Below are positions 30,479-40,821 of a DNA stretch of 64,000 nucleotides, one piece after another (position 1 is the first letter of the stretch; each line of letters opens with the position of its first letter). The stretch comes from an uncultured bacterium (GTDB taxonomy: Bacteria; Patescibacteriota; Minisyncoccia; SW-4-49-11). The notes under the pieces were generated by a model. That model searched no databases, was not told the DNA's origin, and was given only the letters and a program-made list of their open reading frames with translations. Location: positions 113 through 64,112 of the forward strand of contig CALMJI010000006.1 in the NCBI GenBank assembly GCA_937864235.1. The letters run 5' to 3'. Position numbers and translations under genes: made by a program.

Positions 30479-30892
30479 ATGATAATCAAAATACATACAG
30501 ATGGAGCCTCTAGAGGCAATCCCGGACCAGCTTCAATAGGAGTAGTTATAGAATTACCAGATGGGACAATCAAAACCTATCATCAAGCTCTTGGTATTGC
30601 TACTAATAACTATGCTGAATATCAGGCTATTATAGTGGCTTTAGAAAAAGTAAAATCTATAGTTGGCAAGACTAATACCAAAAAATATTCTATAAAATTA
30701 TATCTTGACTCCGAACTTGCTCAAAAACAATTAACAGGGATATATGAATTAAAAGATGAAGCTATTCAAAAAGCTTTTATCAAAATTTGGAATCTTAGAA
30801 TCAAATTTGGCTCAGTAGACTTTATTCACATTCGCCGTGAACTCAATAAACAAGCTGATGCCCTAGCCAATAAGGCTCTAGATCAAAATTAA
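30479..30892 (+). CDS. rnhA: Ribonuclease HI family protein
   Basis: TDGASRGNPG, TNNYAEY, DSEL, NKQADALAN. Confidence 0.93.
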   Translation: MIIKIHTDGASRGNPGPASIGVVIELPDGTIKTYHQALGIATNNYAEYQAIIVALEKVKSIVGKTNTKKYSIKLYLDSELAQKQLTGIYELKDEAIQKAFIKIWNLRIKFGSVDFIHIRRELNKQADALANKALDQN

Positions 30893-30908
30893 CATAAATA
30901 ATAAATCT

Positions 30909-32357
30909 ATGAATAGAACCATACAAAAAATCTTCGCTTGGACACTTATATTCTTATTCCTTATTATAGCTCCTGCTATTGTACTATATAGTATGGGATA
31001 TCGTCTCAGTAAAGATAATACCGATGGCTCTATTCTAACTAGTACAGGAGGAATTAGGATTAACACTAGAATTCCTTATGAAATTGCAATTAATGATAAA
31101 TTTGAATCCAAAAGTCCACTTCTCAAAGTAGGGCTAGCCCCGCAAGATTTGGATGTAGTTTTGTCTCTATCTGGTTATCAGTCATGGGCAAAAAAAATAT
31201 CTATAAAACCATCTTTAGTACAATTAATTAGCGAAGTTACTCTTTTCCCAGAGAAGCCTAATTTAGAAAAATTCACCGATTTATCCCTAGCTCGTGATAT
31301 CAGTCGTGTGCCTGATGCTTCATCTCTGCTTTATACTTCTTATACACCTCAAGAATCTGGGCTTTGGTTATTGAACCTAGATACCAAACTTCGTAAAAGG
31401 ATTACCGATAGCGTAGCTCTTGGAGGAACTGATAATCAGGACTATTCAGACTTTGTTTGGGATGCTGCTGGGACTACTTTAGCTTTTAAAACCTCTATTA
31501 ATAATGTTTTCCAATATTTTGTAGTTATCAATGTAGATACTAATCCTATAATCTTTAATTTTACCAGCCTTATTCCTATTGCTGATGTCATTGCAAATCC
31601 TGTTAAAGTTGTAAGTTTAGATACAGATAGATTATTCTTCACCCAAGCCGGGGCATTATATGAAATCAAACAACAGTTTAGCAATCGCTCTGAACCACTT
31701 GTAGGAGATATGGATCAGTATAGCTTTATTAGTAATACTATTTATTATACCTCTAGCAAAGATATATCCAAGAATTTAATTCGTATTTATAATATCGACA
31801 CTAAACAAAATACTGTCATTAATACTCCAGATATGAGTATAAGTAAATTATTTGTAAGTCCAAGCCAGGGGCATATTATACTCTTAGATGATAACCAACA
31901 AGCTTGGCTCAAATCTCTTGGCCTAAAGACCCCAGAATTCAACCAAATTTCTGAACTTAAAATTAAAGATATACAATTTAGCCTAGATTCCAAAAAAGCT
32001 CTCCTAAAGGGCGAAAATACCATTTCTAAGCTATATCTAGATACAATAGAGGGTTATAAATCTAGACTTGAAGGAGATTTTGATACTTTATATACCTCTA
32101 ATGAGACTATTACCAAGTCAGAATTTTGGGAGCCAAATTCTGAATATATAATATTTGTAGAGAATAATATTCTTAAAGCAGTAGAATCAGATACTCGTGG
32201 TAATATTAATAGCTATACTCTATTAGATAATGCCAAAAACTTTATTTCTATTAGAATTGGAAATGATGCTAGGACTTTAATTAGCAATCCGGAAGATGAA
32301 ATTCAATATTTCCAATTCCCTATTCGAACCCCTTTGATTAATTTTAATAATAATTAA
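30909..32357 (+). CDS. PEGA-domain / beta-propeller surface protein
   Basis: N-terminal TM, YSMGYR..TGGI, GYQSWAKKI, propeller-like repeats. Confidence 0.75.
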   Translation: MNRTIQKIFAWTLIFLFLIIAPAIVLYSMGYRLSKDNTDGSILTSTGGIRINTRIPYEIAINDKFESKSPLLKVGLAPQDLDVVLSLSGYQSWAKKISIKPSLVQLISEVTLFPEKPNLEKFTDLSLARDISRVPDASSLLYTSYTPQESGLWLLNLDTKLRKRITDSVALGGTDNQDYSDFVWDAAGTTLAFKTSINNVFQYFVVINVDTNPIIFNFTSLIPIADVIANPVKVVSLDTDRLFFTQAGALYEIKQQFSNRSEPLVGDMDQYSFISNTIYYTSSKDISKNLIRIYNIDTKQNTVINTPDMSISKLFVSPSQGHIILLDDNQQAWLKSLGLKTPEFNQISELKIKDIQFSLDSKKALLKGENTISKLYLDTIEGYKSRLEGDFDTLYTSNETITKSEFWEPNSEYIIFVENNILKAVESDTRGNINSYTLLDNAKNFISIRIGNDARTLISNPEDEIQYFQFPIRTPLINFNNN

Positions 32358-32415
32358 AATCTTAAATATCTATTTATAATTTAGAGATTACTATTTTATA
32401 TAAATTTAGCAAAAA

Positions 32416-32441
32416 CAAAAAGAGGGTTTTCCCCTCTTTTG
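32416..32441. terminator. Bidirectional intrinsic terminator
   Basis: AAAAGAGGG-TTTT-CCCCTCTTTT between convergent genes. Confidence 0.75.
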
Positions 32442-32465
32442 CTAATATTTGTATATTATAATTTT

Positions 32466-32885
32466 TTATCTCTTTGCCCACTGTGGAGACTTTCTTGCTT
32501 TTTTGAGTCCTGGTTTCTTTCTTTCTTTTCCTCTAGGATCACGAGTTAGATAATTATTATCTTTAAGTTGCTTTTTTAGACTTTCATCATATTTTACAAG
32601 AGCTCTGGCCAAACCTAATTGAATAGCATCAGCTTGTCCAGTTACTCCTCCTCCTGTAACTTTAACAGTGATGTCAAAATTCTCAACTCCTAATACTGAT
32701 AAAGGTTTGATTACATTATTCTGATGATCAGATAGGTCAAAATATTCTTGAAGAGATTTATCATTAACTATAATACTATGCTCTTTTTTACGAGATAAAG
32801 TAACTCTTACTCTAGCAGTAGCAGCTTTTCTTCGTCCTACTCCTTCATAATAATGACTTGATTTGTTTGTAGTAGTTGTAGCCAT
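32466..32885 (-). CDS. rpsI: 30S ribosomal protein S9
   Basis: GRRK, GGGVTGQA, LTRDPR.KERKKPG. Confidence 0.98.
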   Translation of the reverse strand: MATTTTNKSSHYYEGVGRRKAATARVRVTLSRKKEHSIIVNDKSLQEYFDLSDHQNNVIKPLSVLGVENFDITVKVTGGGVTGQADAIQLGLARALVKYDESLKKQLKDNNYLTRDPRGKERKKPGLKKARKSPQWAKR

Positions 32886-32888
32886 AAA

Positions 32889-33254
32889 TTATTTCGTTAT
32901 ATCATTCTTATGTAATACCAATCTAGCTAACATTTTAGCTCTTAGTCTATTTTTTGGAAGCATACCATATATAGCTTTTCTTAATACTTCTCTTGAATCT
33001 TTAGCCATTTGTTTATCTGCGGTGATAGATTTGATTCCTCCTGGATATCCAGTATGTCTATAATATGTCTTAGAAGCTAGTTTATTAGGATGAATAGATA
33101 ATTTATTAGTATTATATACTATAACTTTAGCTCCCCCATCTATATGATATTCAAAATTAGCTGAGTTTTTACCCATCAAAAGGGTAGCAACTTCAGTCGC
33201 TAAGGCTCCTAACCTCTTATTATCTGCATCAATGGTAATAATTTCTCTCTGCAT
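32889..33254 (-). CDS. rplM: 50S ribosomal protein L13
   Basis: LMGK, YYRHTGYPGG, GMLPKN. Confidence 0.97.
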   Translation of the reverse strand: MQREIITIDADNKRLGALATEVATLLMGKNSANFEYHIDGGAKVIVYNTNKLSIHPNKLASKTYYRHTGYPGGIKSITADKQMAKDSREVLRKAIYGMLPKNRLRAKMLARLVLHKNDITK

Positions 33255-33260
33255 ATTATA

Positions 33261-33611
33261 TTACTTAACTAATTCAATGATAGCCATTTTACTAACATCA
33301 CTTGTTCTTACTGGGGCTTTGATAATTCTAGTATACCCACCAACTCGATCTGCATAGCTAGGAGCAATTTCATCAAATAATTTATGGGTAGCTCCTTGAG
33401 TCAAAAATCTAAGAACATATCTTCTAGAAGCTAGAGATCCTTTTTTAGCATGAGTTACCATTCTCTCTACAAACGGCTTTAGAGCTTTAGCTTTAGCCTC
33501 TGTAGTAGTGATAGCTCCACGAGTAATCAAATCATTAGAAAGACTTCGCAAAAGTGCTTTCCTTTGCTCTCTATTTCTTCCAATCTTATGTAACTTATTT
33601 CCCTTATTCAT
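33261..33611 (-). CDS. rplQ: 50S ribosomal protein L17
   Basis: ITTTEAKAK, GGYTRIIK. Confidence 0.97.
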   Translation of the reverse strand: MNKGNKLHKIGRNREQRKALLRSLSNDLITRGAITTTEAKAKALKPFVERMVTHAKKGSLASRRYVLRFLTQGATHKLFDEIAPSYADRVGGYTRIIKAPVRTSDVSKMAIIELVK

Positions 33612-33659
33612 AATCGTGTGATCCTGTTAATGTTTTGCATTGTACCTTATTTTTGGTTT

Positions 33660-34589
33660 TTATGCAAGAGTAATATCATATTTAGCTATTTGGTCAGCTA
33701 ATTTTTTGAGTGCACTAGCTGATACACCTTTTATAGCTAACAAATCTTCTTGTGTGAATTGAGCTAACTGAGCAATATTTTTAATTCCAGAAGTCTCTAG
33801 AGCTTTGATAGTTCTCTGAGATAAGTCTAGAGTTGAAATTTTTATACTAGAGGTTTCAATATCTAAAGCAGGTTTCTCTTCCTTTACCTCTTCTACCTGA
33901 GCTCCATCAACTGTTAGAGCATTGAATTGTTCTACTAGAATACTAGCAGATTTATTGATAACTTCTAGTGGGCTAATTGTACCATCAGTCTTGATATTGA
34001 ATACAACTCGATTATAGTTGGTCTTATCTCCTACTCGAGTATCTTCTACATCATAAGAAACTCTAATTACTGGGGTAAAAATTGAATCAACAGCAATAAT
34101 CCCTACCTCTTCCTGTACATCTTGTTCTATATCTTTTCTAAATCCAAACCCTTTCTCAATAATTAATTCCATTTCAATTTTGGCATCTTTACTAGTTAAT
34201 GTCAAAATTGGAGCTTCTGGATTAACTATAGTAACTCCTCCAGGTAATTTTAAATCTGCTCCAGTCACAACTTTAGCTCCTTGAGCTTTAAGTGTCAATA
34301 TAGTTGGAGAATCTATAATAGCATCAAACCTTAAAGCCTTAATATTAAGAGTAATATCCAAAATATCTTCTAAAACATTAGGAATAGTTGTAAATTCATG
34401 ACTTACTCCTTTAATACTATACCTAGTTACTGCAACTCCTTCTAATGAAGATAACATAACTCGTCTTAATGAGTTAGCTATAGTAACTCCATAACCTGGG
34501 TTTAATGGCTCAATAGCATAGATAGCTTGAGACGAACTAATTTCTTGTACTAGTACAGGTGCTTTTGGAAGAATGATATGATTAGACAT
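33660..34589 (-). CDS. rpoA: RNA polymerase alpha subunit
   Basis: EPLNPGYGVTIANSLRR, HEFTTI, VDSIFTPV. Confidence 0.98.
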   Translation of the reverse strand: MSNHIILPKAPVLVQEISSSQAIYAIEPLNPGYGVTIANSLRRVMLSSLEGVAVTRYSIKGVSHEFTTIPNVLEDILDITLNIKALRFDAIIDSPTILTLKAQGAKVVTGADLKLPGGVTIVNPEAPILTLTSKDAKIEMELIIEKGFGFRKDIEQDVQEEVGIIAVDSIFTPVIRVSYDVEDTRVGDKTNYNRVVFNIKTDGTISPLEVINKSASILVEQFNALTVDGAQVEEVKEEKPALDIETSSIKISTLDLSQRTIKALETSGIKNIAQLAQFTQEDLLAIKGVSASALKKLADQIAKYDITLA

Positions 34590-34607
34590 AAGAGTATTTG
34601 ATTATTA

Positions 34608-35207
34608 TTATCGGGAATAATACTGAATCACAAGAGCAATATCGAAGTTCTGGCTCAATTCCTCCACTCCTGGGGTATGAGCGACTTCAACAATTTGATT
34701 TTTCTTGTCCAAAGTCAACCAAGATGGAAGATCTGAATCTTTTAACTTATCTTTATATTCAGCAACCAACTTAGATTTGGTAGCAGAATAAGTAATTTGA
34801 TCTCCTGTTTTAACCATAAAACTAGGAATAGTCACTTTTTTACCATTAACCAAAATATGACCATGGGAAATCATTTGTCTAGCTTGATCTCTAGTATATG
34901 CCATATTAGCTCTATATACAACATTATCTAGTCTAGTTTCTAAAATTCTTAGTAAAGCAGTAGGTGTAGGCTCAGCATCTGCTAGAGCTTTTTCATAAAA
35001 TCTACGGAATTGTTTTTCACGAAGTCCATATACATATTTTACTTTCTGCTTTTCTTGAAGCTGTTTTCCAAATTCAGAGGCAGATCTACGCCTTTTAGCA
35101 CCATGCACTCCCGGAGCTTTAGCTAATCTCTCATCGGTAATCTTTACCTCAGGGAAGATTCTCTCTCCAAATTTTCTACAAATTTTAACTTTCTTACGAC
35201 TATACAT
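34608..35207 (-). CDS. rpsD: 30S ribosomal protein S4
   Basis: QLQEKQK, LETRLDNVVYR, HGHILVNG. Confidence 0.98.
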   Translation of the reverse strand: MYSRKKVKICRKFGERIFPEVKITDERLAKAPGVHGAKRRRSASEFGKQLQEKQKVKYVYGLREKQFRRFYEKALADAEPTPTALLRILETRLDNVVYRANMAYTRDQARQMISHGHILVNGKKVTIPSFMVKTGDQITYSATKSKLVAEYKDKLKDSDLPSWLTLDKKNQIVEVAHTPGVEELSQNFDIALVIQYYSR

Positions 35208-35225
35208 ATGCTCTTATAAAATCTA

Positions 35226-35654
35226 TTATACTCTTCTTGGTTTACTAGGACGAGTTCCATTATGAGGTACTGGGGTCAAATCTTTGATAGACATAATATT
35301 AAGCCCAGCTCCTGCCAAACCTCTAATAGAAGCCTCTCTTCCTGGACCAACACCTTTAACAATCACCTTAATATCCTGTAGACCAGTTTTTTTTACTTTT
35401 TCTACAACAGTTTTCGCTACCATAGTTGCAGCATAAGGAGTGGCCTTTTTAGCTCCTTTGAATCCCAAAGCTCCAGAAGATGACCAAGCTAGAATATTCC
35501 CAGACAAATCAGCCAAAGACACCATTGTATTATTATACGTAGAGACAATATAAGCAGTACCTCTTGAAACTTTCTTTTTTGACGAAGTTTCTTTTACTCC
35601 CATTTTTAATGAAGATACCGAATCTCCCTTTTGTGCTACACGCTTCTTTCCCAT
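35226..35654 (-). CDS. rpsK: 30S ribosomal protein S11
   Basis: STYNNT, KKATPYAA, PHNG. Confidence 0.98.
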   Translation of the reverse strand: MGKKRVAQKGDSVSSLKMGVKETSSKKKVSRGTAYIVSTYNNTMVSLADLSGNILAWSSSGALGFKGAKKATPYAATMVAKTVVEKVKKTGLQDIKVIVKGVGPGREASIRGLAGAGLNIMSIKDLTPVPHNGTRPSKPRRV

Positions 35655-35673
35655 ATAAAAACTTACTTAATGA

Positions 35674-36057
35674 TTATGTCTTCTCAACTTTTCGTCGTCC
35701 ACTACCCATAGTACGAACTACGTTACCACGAATAGTTCTAGAGTTAGTTTTGGTTCTACCTTTGATTGGTAGTTTTTTGGTATGCCTACTTCCTCGATAT
35801 GAATTAATATCTTTGAGTCGCTTGATATTATTAGCAACCTCTCTTCTCAGATCTCCCTCGATTTTATAATTTTTCTCAATACATTCTTTTAATAAAGCTA
35901 TTTCTTTTTCATCCAACTCTTTCGCTTTTTTATAAGGATCAATTCCTGTAATAGCTAATACTTTTTGAGAACGAGTAAGACCAACACCATAAATATAGGT
36001 CAAAGCTATTTCGACATTCTTATAATCTGGGATGACAACTCCTGCAATTCTTACCAT
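35674..36057 (-). CDS. rpsM: 30S ribosomal protein S13
   Basis: MVRIAGV, ALTYIYGVG, YRGSRH. Confidence 0.98.
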   Translation of the reverse strand: MVRIAGVVIPDYKNVEIALTYIYGVGLTRSQKVLAITGIDPYKKAKELDEKEIALLKECIEKNYKIEGDLRREVANNIKRLKDINSYRGSRHTKKLPIKGRTKTNSRTIRGNVVRTMGSGRRKVEKT

Positions 36058-36075
36058 AATTTAATAAATCTTATA

Positions 36076-36192
36076 TTATCCTTGTCTTTGCTTGTGGCGA
36101 GGATTGGCCTCACAAATAACACGAATTACTCGCCTTCGCTTAATAACCTTACACTTAATACATCTTTTCTTGACTGAAGCTTGAACTTTCAT
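36076..36192 (-). CDS. rpmJ: 50S ribosomal protein L36
   Basis: Manual translation [38 protein letters not shown]. Confidence 0.97.
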   Translation of the reverse strand: MKVQASVKKRCIKCKVIKRRRVIRVICEANPRHKQRQG

Positions 36193-36200
36193 ATAGTATC

Positions 36201-36434
36201 TTAATTTCTCCTAGTAATTCTACCTTGTGTCAAGTTATAAGCACTTAACTCAACCGTCACCCTATCTCCTGGCAAAACTTTAATGTAATGCATTCGCATT
36301 TTACCAGAGAGATGTGCCAAAACCTCAGAATTGTTTTCTAATATAACACGAAAGGTTGTATTTGGCAAGACTTCACTAACGGTACCTTCTTGAATTAGGA
36401 GGTTTTTTGAGTTCAAATCTTGACTTTCGGGCAT
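36201..36434 (-). CDS. infA: Translation initiation factor IF-1
   Basis: [24 protein letters not shown]. Confidence 0.97.
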   Translation of the reverse strand: MPESQDLNSKNLLIQEGTVSEVLPNTTFRVILENNSEVLAHLSGKMRMHYIKVLPGDRVTVELSAYNLTQGRITRRN

Positions 36435-36469
36435 AAATTATACAACTCTATATAAATGATATACATTTA

Positions 36470-36498
36470 ATTATATTATATTCTGATTATTTTGTCAA
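36470..36498 (-). promoter_or_regulatory. Consensus sigma70 promoter for the infA-alpha operon
   Basis: TTGACA-17 nt-TATAAT on the minus strand. Confidence 0.85.
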
Positions 36499-36529
36499 GT
36501 CTTTGGTTTAGAAACAAGTTTTTACTCAA

Positions 36530-36859
36530 AAATAAAATACCCTTCCTTCTCCTTCTTAACTCTGTTAGTGTAAAGGGGGGTAAGAGTATCTTATTTGTCT
36601 CTATTTCCGACAACCTCTTTATATATTTCGAGATTGCCAGAAAGTAGATATTCTTATCTAATCTTTGGCTAACGCCTTTTTATTTTTACCAAAGGTGCAA
36701 ATTTGTGAGTGTTGCTTTGTTTATATTTTACTTAAACGATTATTGGTGTGAGTTTATATTTATGATTGTAAAGATTAGAGCAAGAATTCAATCACAAGTA
36801 CTTTTATAACTATATTTAAATTTTATACTTGTGATTGTATGATTACTCTAGCACCTTAC
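36530..36859 (-). ncRNA. Candidate structured ncRNA of unknown class (four hairpins)
   Basis: ORF-free; stems 36768-36859, 36663-36694, 36600-36648, 36530-36596 with G-U pairs only on the minus strand; TGaTAAAAT 7 nt upstream. Confidence 0.5.
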
Positions 36860-36910
36860 TCTTATATTTTATCAGAGTAAACAAATGTATACTAGAGAAG
36901 TTATCCACAA

Positions 36911-38176
36911 TTACCTAATTTGATTTAAAACATATTTCATTGAGTCCTGAGAAGAAGCTATCAGAACATAATTTTCATAATTTGACACATCCACAGAATC
37001 AGACGGAGAAGTATAATTATAATAATAATTTTCAAACACTTTACCTGAATTATTAGTAATAATAGATTTTTTAATTTCTGGAGTGTTGACTATTCTGGAA
37101 GGCAAATTGATCGAAAATCCAGCTAAATCACGAGGAATAGAATTAGACCAATTATCTACAAAAACTTTTGCATCTTGCCCTTCTGCCAAACCTAATACTG
37201 CTACTAATTTATACACTCCCTGTTGATTATAGGCGTAAAATCTATGATCACTAATAGTTCCTACGGAAGGTATAGTAATACCAAATACATCAGCAGTATC
37301 TATCAAATTAACTGGCGTATTATCTTTGGTTAGATTTAACTGTATTAAAGTATCTTTTTTGTCTGTCAATACGGTTGCAATAGTTCTTCGAATTGGCTCT
37401 GAGTCCACAAAAGCTATATCTACTGCAGAATCTTGAGTTAATGGCGAGATAAACTCTTGACTTGGCTCCTCAGGTCCAGCGTCAATAGTGGTGTCTGTAG
37501 GGTTATTATCTGTATTAGTATCGGTATTATCTGCTACATCTGTAGTAGTATTGCTTGATATATTAAAATAAAAGTACAAACCTCCACCAATAAGACCCAA
37601 TAACATTACAACTATTAAAGCTGAAAATAATCCTTTACTTGATTTTTTTGTACTTGGAGCTGGAGCATCATCTTGCAAATTCAAACTATTGATATCAAAG
37701 GCTGGAGCTTGATTGCTAGGCTCTACTTTAGGTGGGAGTTCGGTAGTCTGATTACTAGTAGGAGTGTTAGTATTATCTAATGGTAAATCTATGCTATCAT
37801 CTAAAACAGAAAATCCTGATTTACTCTCGACAGGAGTTTGAGTGGTTGGTTTAAATTCGGTCTTATTAACGGGAGTATTACTGGTACTCATATTACTCCA
37901 GGAGTAGTTAGGTTGTGATTTTGAAACAACAGGCACTTCTGGGATATCTTTTTTTGTAGCTTCAGGCTTTATATCTGAATCAATATTAAGTGCTGAGACT
38001 GTAGAAGTTGAGACATTATTGGGTTGAGTATTAATAGGTTCTGGTCTTGCCTGCACAAAATTACCAGCTTGTTGCAATCTGTCTTGAGGATTAGATTTAG
38101 TCATTTCCAAGTCAGTCTTAAGTGTTCTTAGTTGTCCTGGAATTTGGTTTTGTGAGTTTTGATTTTGATCTGCCAT
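36911..38176 (-). CDS. Hypothetical membrane-anchored protein
   Basis: LRTLKTDL N-motif, long disordered region, one TM. Confidence 0.8.
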   Translation of the reverse strand: MADQNQNSQNQIPGQLRTLKTDLEMTKSNPQDRLQQAGNFVQARPEPINTQPNNVSTSTVSALNIDSDIKPEATKKDIPEVPVVSKSQPNYSWSNMSTSNTPVNKTEFKPTTQTPVESKSGFSVLDDSIDLPLDNTNTPTSNQTTELPPKVEPSNQAPAFDINSLNLQDDAPAPSTKKSSKGLFSALIVVMLLGLIGGGLYFYFNISSNTTTDVADNTDTNTDNNPTDTTIDAGPEEPSQEFISPLTQDSAVDIAFVDSEPIRRTIATVLTDKKDTLIQLNLTKDNTPVNLIDTADVFGITIPSVGTISDHRFYAYNQQGVYKLVAVLGLAEGQDAKVFVDNWSNSIPRDLAGFSINLPSRIVNTPEIKKSIITNNSGKVFENYYYNYTSPSDSVDVSNYENYVLIASSQDSMKYVLNQIR

Positions 38177-38202
38177 ATTATTATAATTTATATCTTTAGT
38201 AA

Positions 38203-40263
38203 TTATTCAAGATAGGGTACTAAGCTTATCTTACCATCTATATCTACTTTTTTAATTTTAACCCTTATACTTTGATTTAATTGTATCACATCTTCGACAT
38301 TATTGATATGTTTGTCTGAAAGTTCAGAAATATGAATAAGACCATCTATATTTCCTTTTATATTTACAAAGGCTCCAAATGGCATAATTTTGACTACTTT
38401 TCCATCAAATATATCACCTTCTTTTGGTTCATAGACTAATTCTAAGATTTTATCTGTAGCTTGCTTTACTTTAACTAAATCTTCTCCTGTTACAAAAACT
38501 TGTCCATTATCTTCTATATCTATCTTGACACCTGTATCATCTATGATTGCATTAATTGTTTTACCTCCTGCTCCAATTACGTCTCTGATTTTATTAGGGT
38601 TAATCATAAATGCTTCAATTTTAGGAGCATGTTTAGAAACTTCTTTTCTAGGTTCATTGATAGTCTGTGTTAAAGTATCAAGAATAGCGAATCTAGCTAT
38701 TCTAGCGGCTTCTAAGGCTTCAGCAAACATCTCTGAGGACATACCTTTTCCTTTGATGTCCATTTGAATTGCATTCACTCCATTTCTAGTTCCTGCTACT
38801 TTGAAGTCCATTTCACCAAAATGATCTTCTAATCCCTGGATATCAGTTAAAATTTTATATTTACCATCTTGCTCTACAATACCCATAGCAATTCCTGCCA
38901 CTGGGGCTATAATAGGAACACCCGCTGCTAGCAAAGCTAATGTCGATGAACATACACTAGCCATAGAAGAAGAGCCATTAGAACCTAACACTTCAGTTAC
39001 TATTCTAATTGTATAAGGAAAATCTTCTATCGATGGGAGAACCCCTTCCAGAGCTTTTTCTGCTAGAGCTCCATGACCAATCTCTCTTCTCCCAGGTCCT
39101 CTCAATTGACCTACTTCTCCTACTGAAAATGGAGGAAAATTATAATGATGCATAAATCTTTTTTTGATTTCATCTTTCATTTCATCTATAATCTGAGCCT
39201 CTCCTGGCGAACCTAGAGTTAATATAGACAAAGTTTGAGTAGCACCTCTATTAAATAAGGCGGAACCATGTACTCGTGGTAAAATATCTATTTCCGCACT
39301 CAATTCACGAATTTGATTAAGAGATCTACCATCTGGCCTTAATTCTTGATTTAATATTCCCTCTTTAAACACTCGATTTAATTCTTGATCTAAGATATAT
39401 TCTACCAAATCTCTATGCTCAGGATAAGTTTGGTTTAGCTCTGATAATAATTGATAATGTGCTTGTTTAGTAGAAATAGAGTCTCCATATACCGCCGGTT
39501 CTAATCTACCATTGAGAATATTTTTGATTCCATCTATAATTTCTGAGTTTGATTCTGATTTAATAAAATCTCGCTTAGCAACTCCAACTTCAGAGACAAT
39601 AGTATTTTGGAATTGAATCATTTTATTAATCTCAGAGCTAACAGTATTAAAGGCTTCTAGTACACCAGTCTCTGGAATTTGCTTACCTCCAAACTCCATC
39701 ATTACCAGCCGATTTTCGGAATTAAGAGTAATAATAGTATCAAAATCCCCAACTTCTCTTTGTTCAAAAGATGGGTTTATAATTATCTGACCATTAACAG
39801 AGGCTACCCTAAGTGCTGATACTGGACCATTCCAAGGAATATCCGATATAGACAAAGCTAAAGAAGCTCCAAATAAAGCTATTGCATCAGGATCATTACT
39901 ATCATCCATCGATAGAGTAGTAACTACTACTTGAATTTCATTACGAAGAGAGTGATCAAAAAATGGTCTTATAGCTCTATCTACCAGCCTACCTGTTAGA
40001 ATAGCTTCATCACTTGGCCTACCCTCTCTTTTTACAAAACGACTACCTTTAATTTTATTATTAGCATAAAATTTTTCTTGATAGTCTACAAATAGCGGTA
40101 GATAATTGGAGCTAACTGGTTTATCCGACATTACAGCCGTAACCAAAACTGTGGTCTCCCCTAGAGATACCATAACTGACCCATTAGCCTGCTTAGCTAA
40201 TTTACCAATCTCTACTTTTAGATTTTGTCCGGCTATTTGTGTTTGATATGTTTTGAAGTTCAT
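38203..40263 (-). CDS. pnp: Polyribonucleotide nucleotidyltransferase
   Basis: RVHGSALF, HYNFPPFSVGE, SNGSSSMASVC, KH and S1 domains. Confidence 0.98.
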   Translation of the reverse strand: MNFKTYQTQIAGQNLKVEIGKLAKQANGSVMVSLGETTVLVTAVMSDKPVSSNYLPLFVDYQEKFYANNKIKGSRFVKREGRPSDEAILTGRLVDRAIRPFFDHSLRNEIQVVVTTLSMDDSNDPDAIALFGASLALSISDIPWNGPVSALRVASVNGQIIINPSFEQREVGDFDTIITLNSENRLVMMEFGGKQIPETGVLEAFNTVSSEINKMIQFQNTIVSEVGVAKRDFIKSESNSEIIDGIKNILNGRLEPAVYGDSISTKQAHYQLLSELNQTYPEHRDLVEYILDQELNRVFKEGILNQELRPDGRSLNQIRELSAEIDILPRVHGSALFNRGATQTLSILTLGSPGEAQIIDEMKDEIKKRFMHHYNFPPFSVGEVGQLRGPGRREIGHGALAEKALEGVLPSIEDFPYTIRIVTEVLGSNGSSSMASVCSSTLALLAAGVPIIAPVAGIAMGIVEQDGKYKILTDIQGLEDHFGEMDFKVAGTRNGVNAIQMDIKGKGMSSEMFAEALEAARIARFAILDTLTQTINEPRKEVSKHAPKIEAFMINPNKIRDVIGAGGKTINAIIDDTGVKIDIEDNGQVFVTGEDLVKVKQATDKILELVYEPKEGDIFDGKVVKIMPFGAFVNIKGNIDGLIHISELSDKHINNVEDVIQLNQSIRVKIKKVDIDGKISLVPYLE

Positions 40264-40278
40264 ATAAATAGGGTGAGT

Positions 40279-40545
40279 CTAGGCTCTAATCCCAAGTTCT
40301 TTTACAGTTTTCTCAAATAAATTTAAGTCTGTTTTTTTGAGATAAGCTAAAAGTTTTTTTCTTTGGGAAACTAATTGAATCAAACCTTTACGAGAGTGGA
40401 AGTCTTTGCGATTCTGTTTTAAGTGTTCGGTTAAATATGTAATTCTCTCAGTAATCAAAGCAATTTGTACTGGAGCGGAACCATTGTCTCCTTCGTGGGT
40501 TTGAAATTTACTTATAATTTGCTCTTTGGAGTCTGAATTTAACAT
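40279..40545 (-). CDS. rpsO: 30S ribosomal protein S15
   Basis: DNGSAPVQIA, KDFHSRKGL. Confidence 0.97.
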   Translation of the reverse strand: MLNSDSKEQIISKFQTHEGDNGSAPVQIALITERITYLTEHLKQNRKDFHSRKGLIQLVSQRKKLLAYLKKTDLNLFEKTVKELGIRA

Positions 40546-40629
40546 AAATTAAAAATATATTACCTTAGTAGTTGTAATAACTATATCATAGCTTGGATTA
40601 TATTGCAAGAGGTTGAGGTGATTATGAAT

Positions 40630-40770
40630 TTGTAGGGTTGACCTTATGTCTCTTGTATTCTGTCCTCCTTAGGAGGAGCTTTAAGTCCCTCCTATATTTA
40701 TTTAGGAGGGGGTGGCAGTCAGGCCGGAGGTGGATAGAGTTTTAGTTTTTATTCTATCTACCTTCCCAAA
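40630..40770. repeat. REP-like palindrome cluster
   Basis: TGTCCTCCTTAGGAGGAG-CTTTAAGTCCCTCC..GGTGGCAGTCAGGCCGGAGGTGGATAGAG. Confidence 0.8.
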
Positions 40771-40821
40771 AAAACCAAAAAGCCCTCCATCTAAGGAGAG
40801 CTTTTGGTAGTGGCTAAAAGA

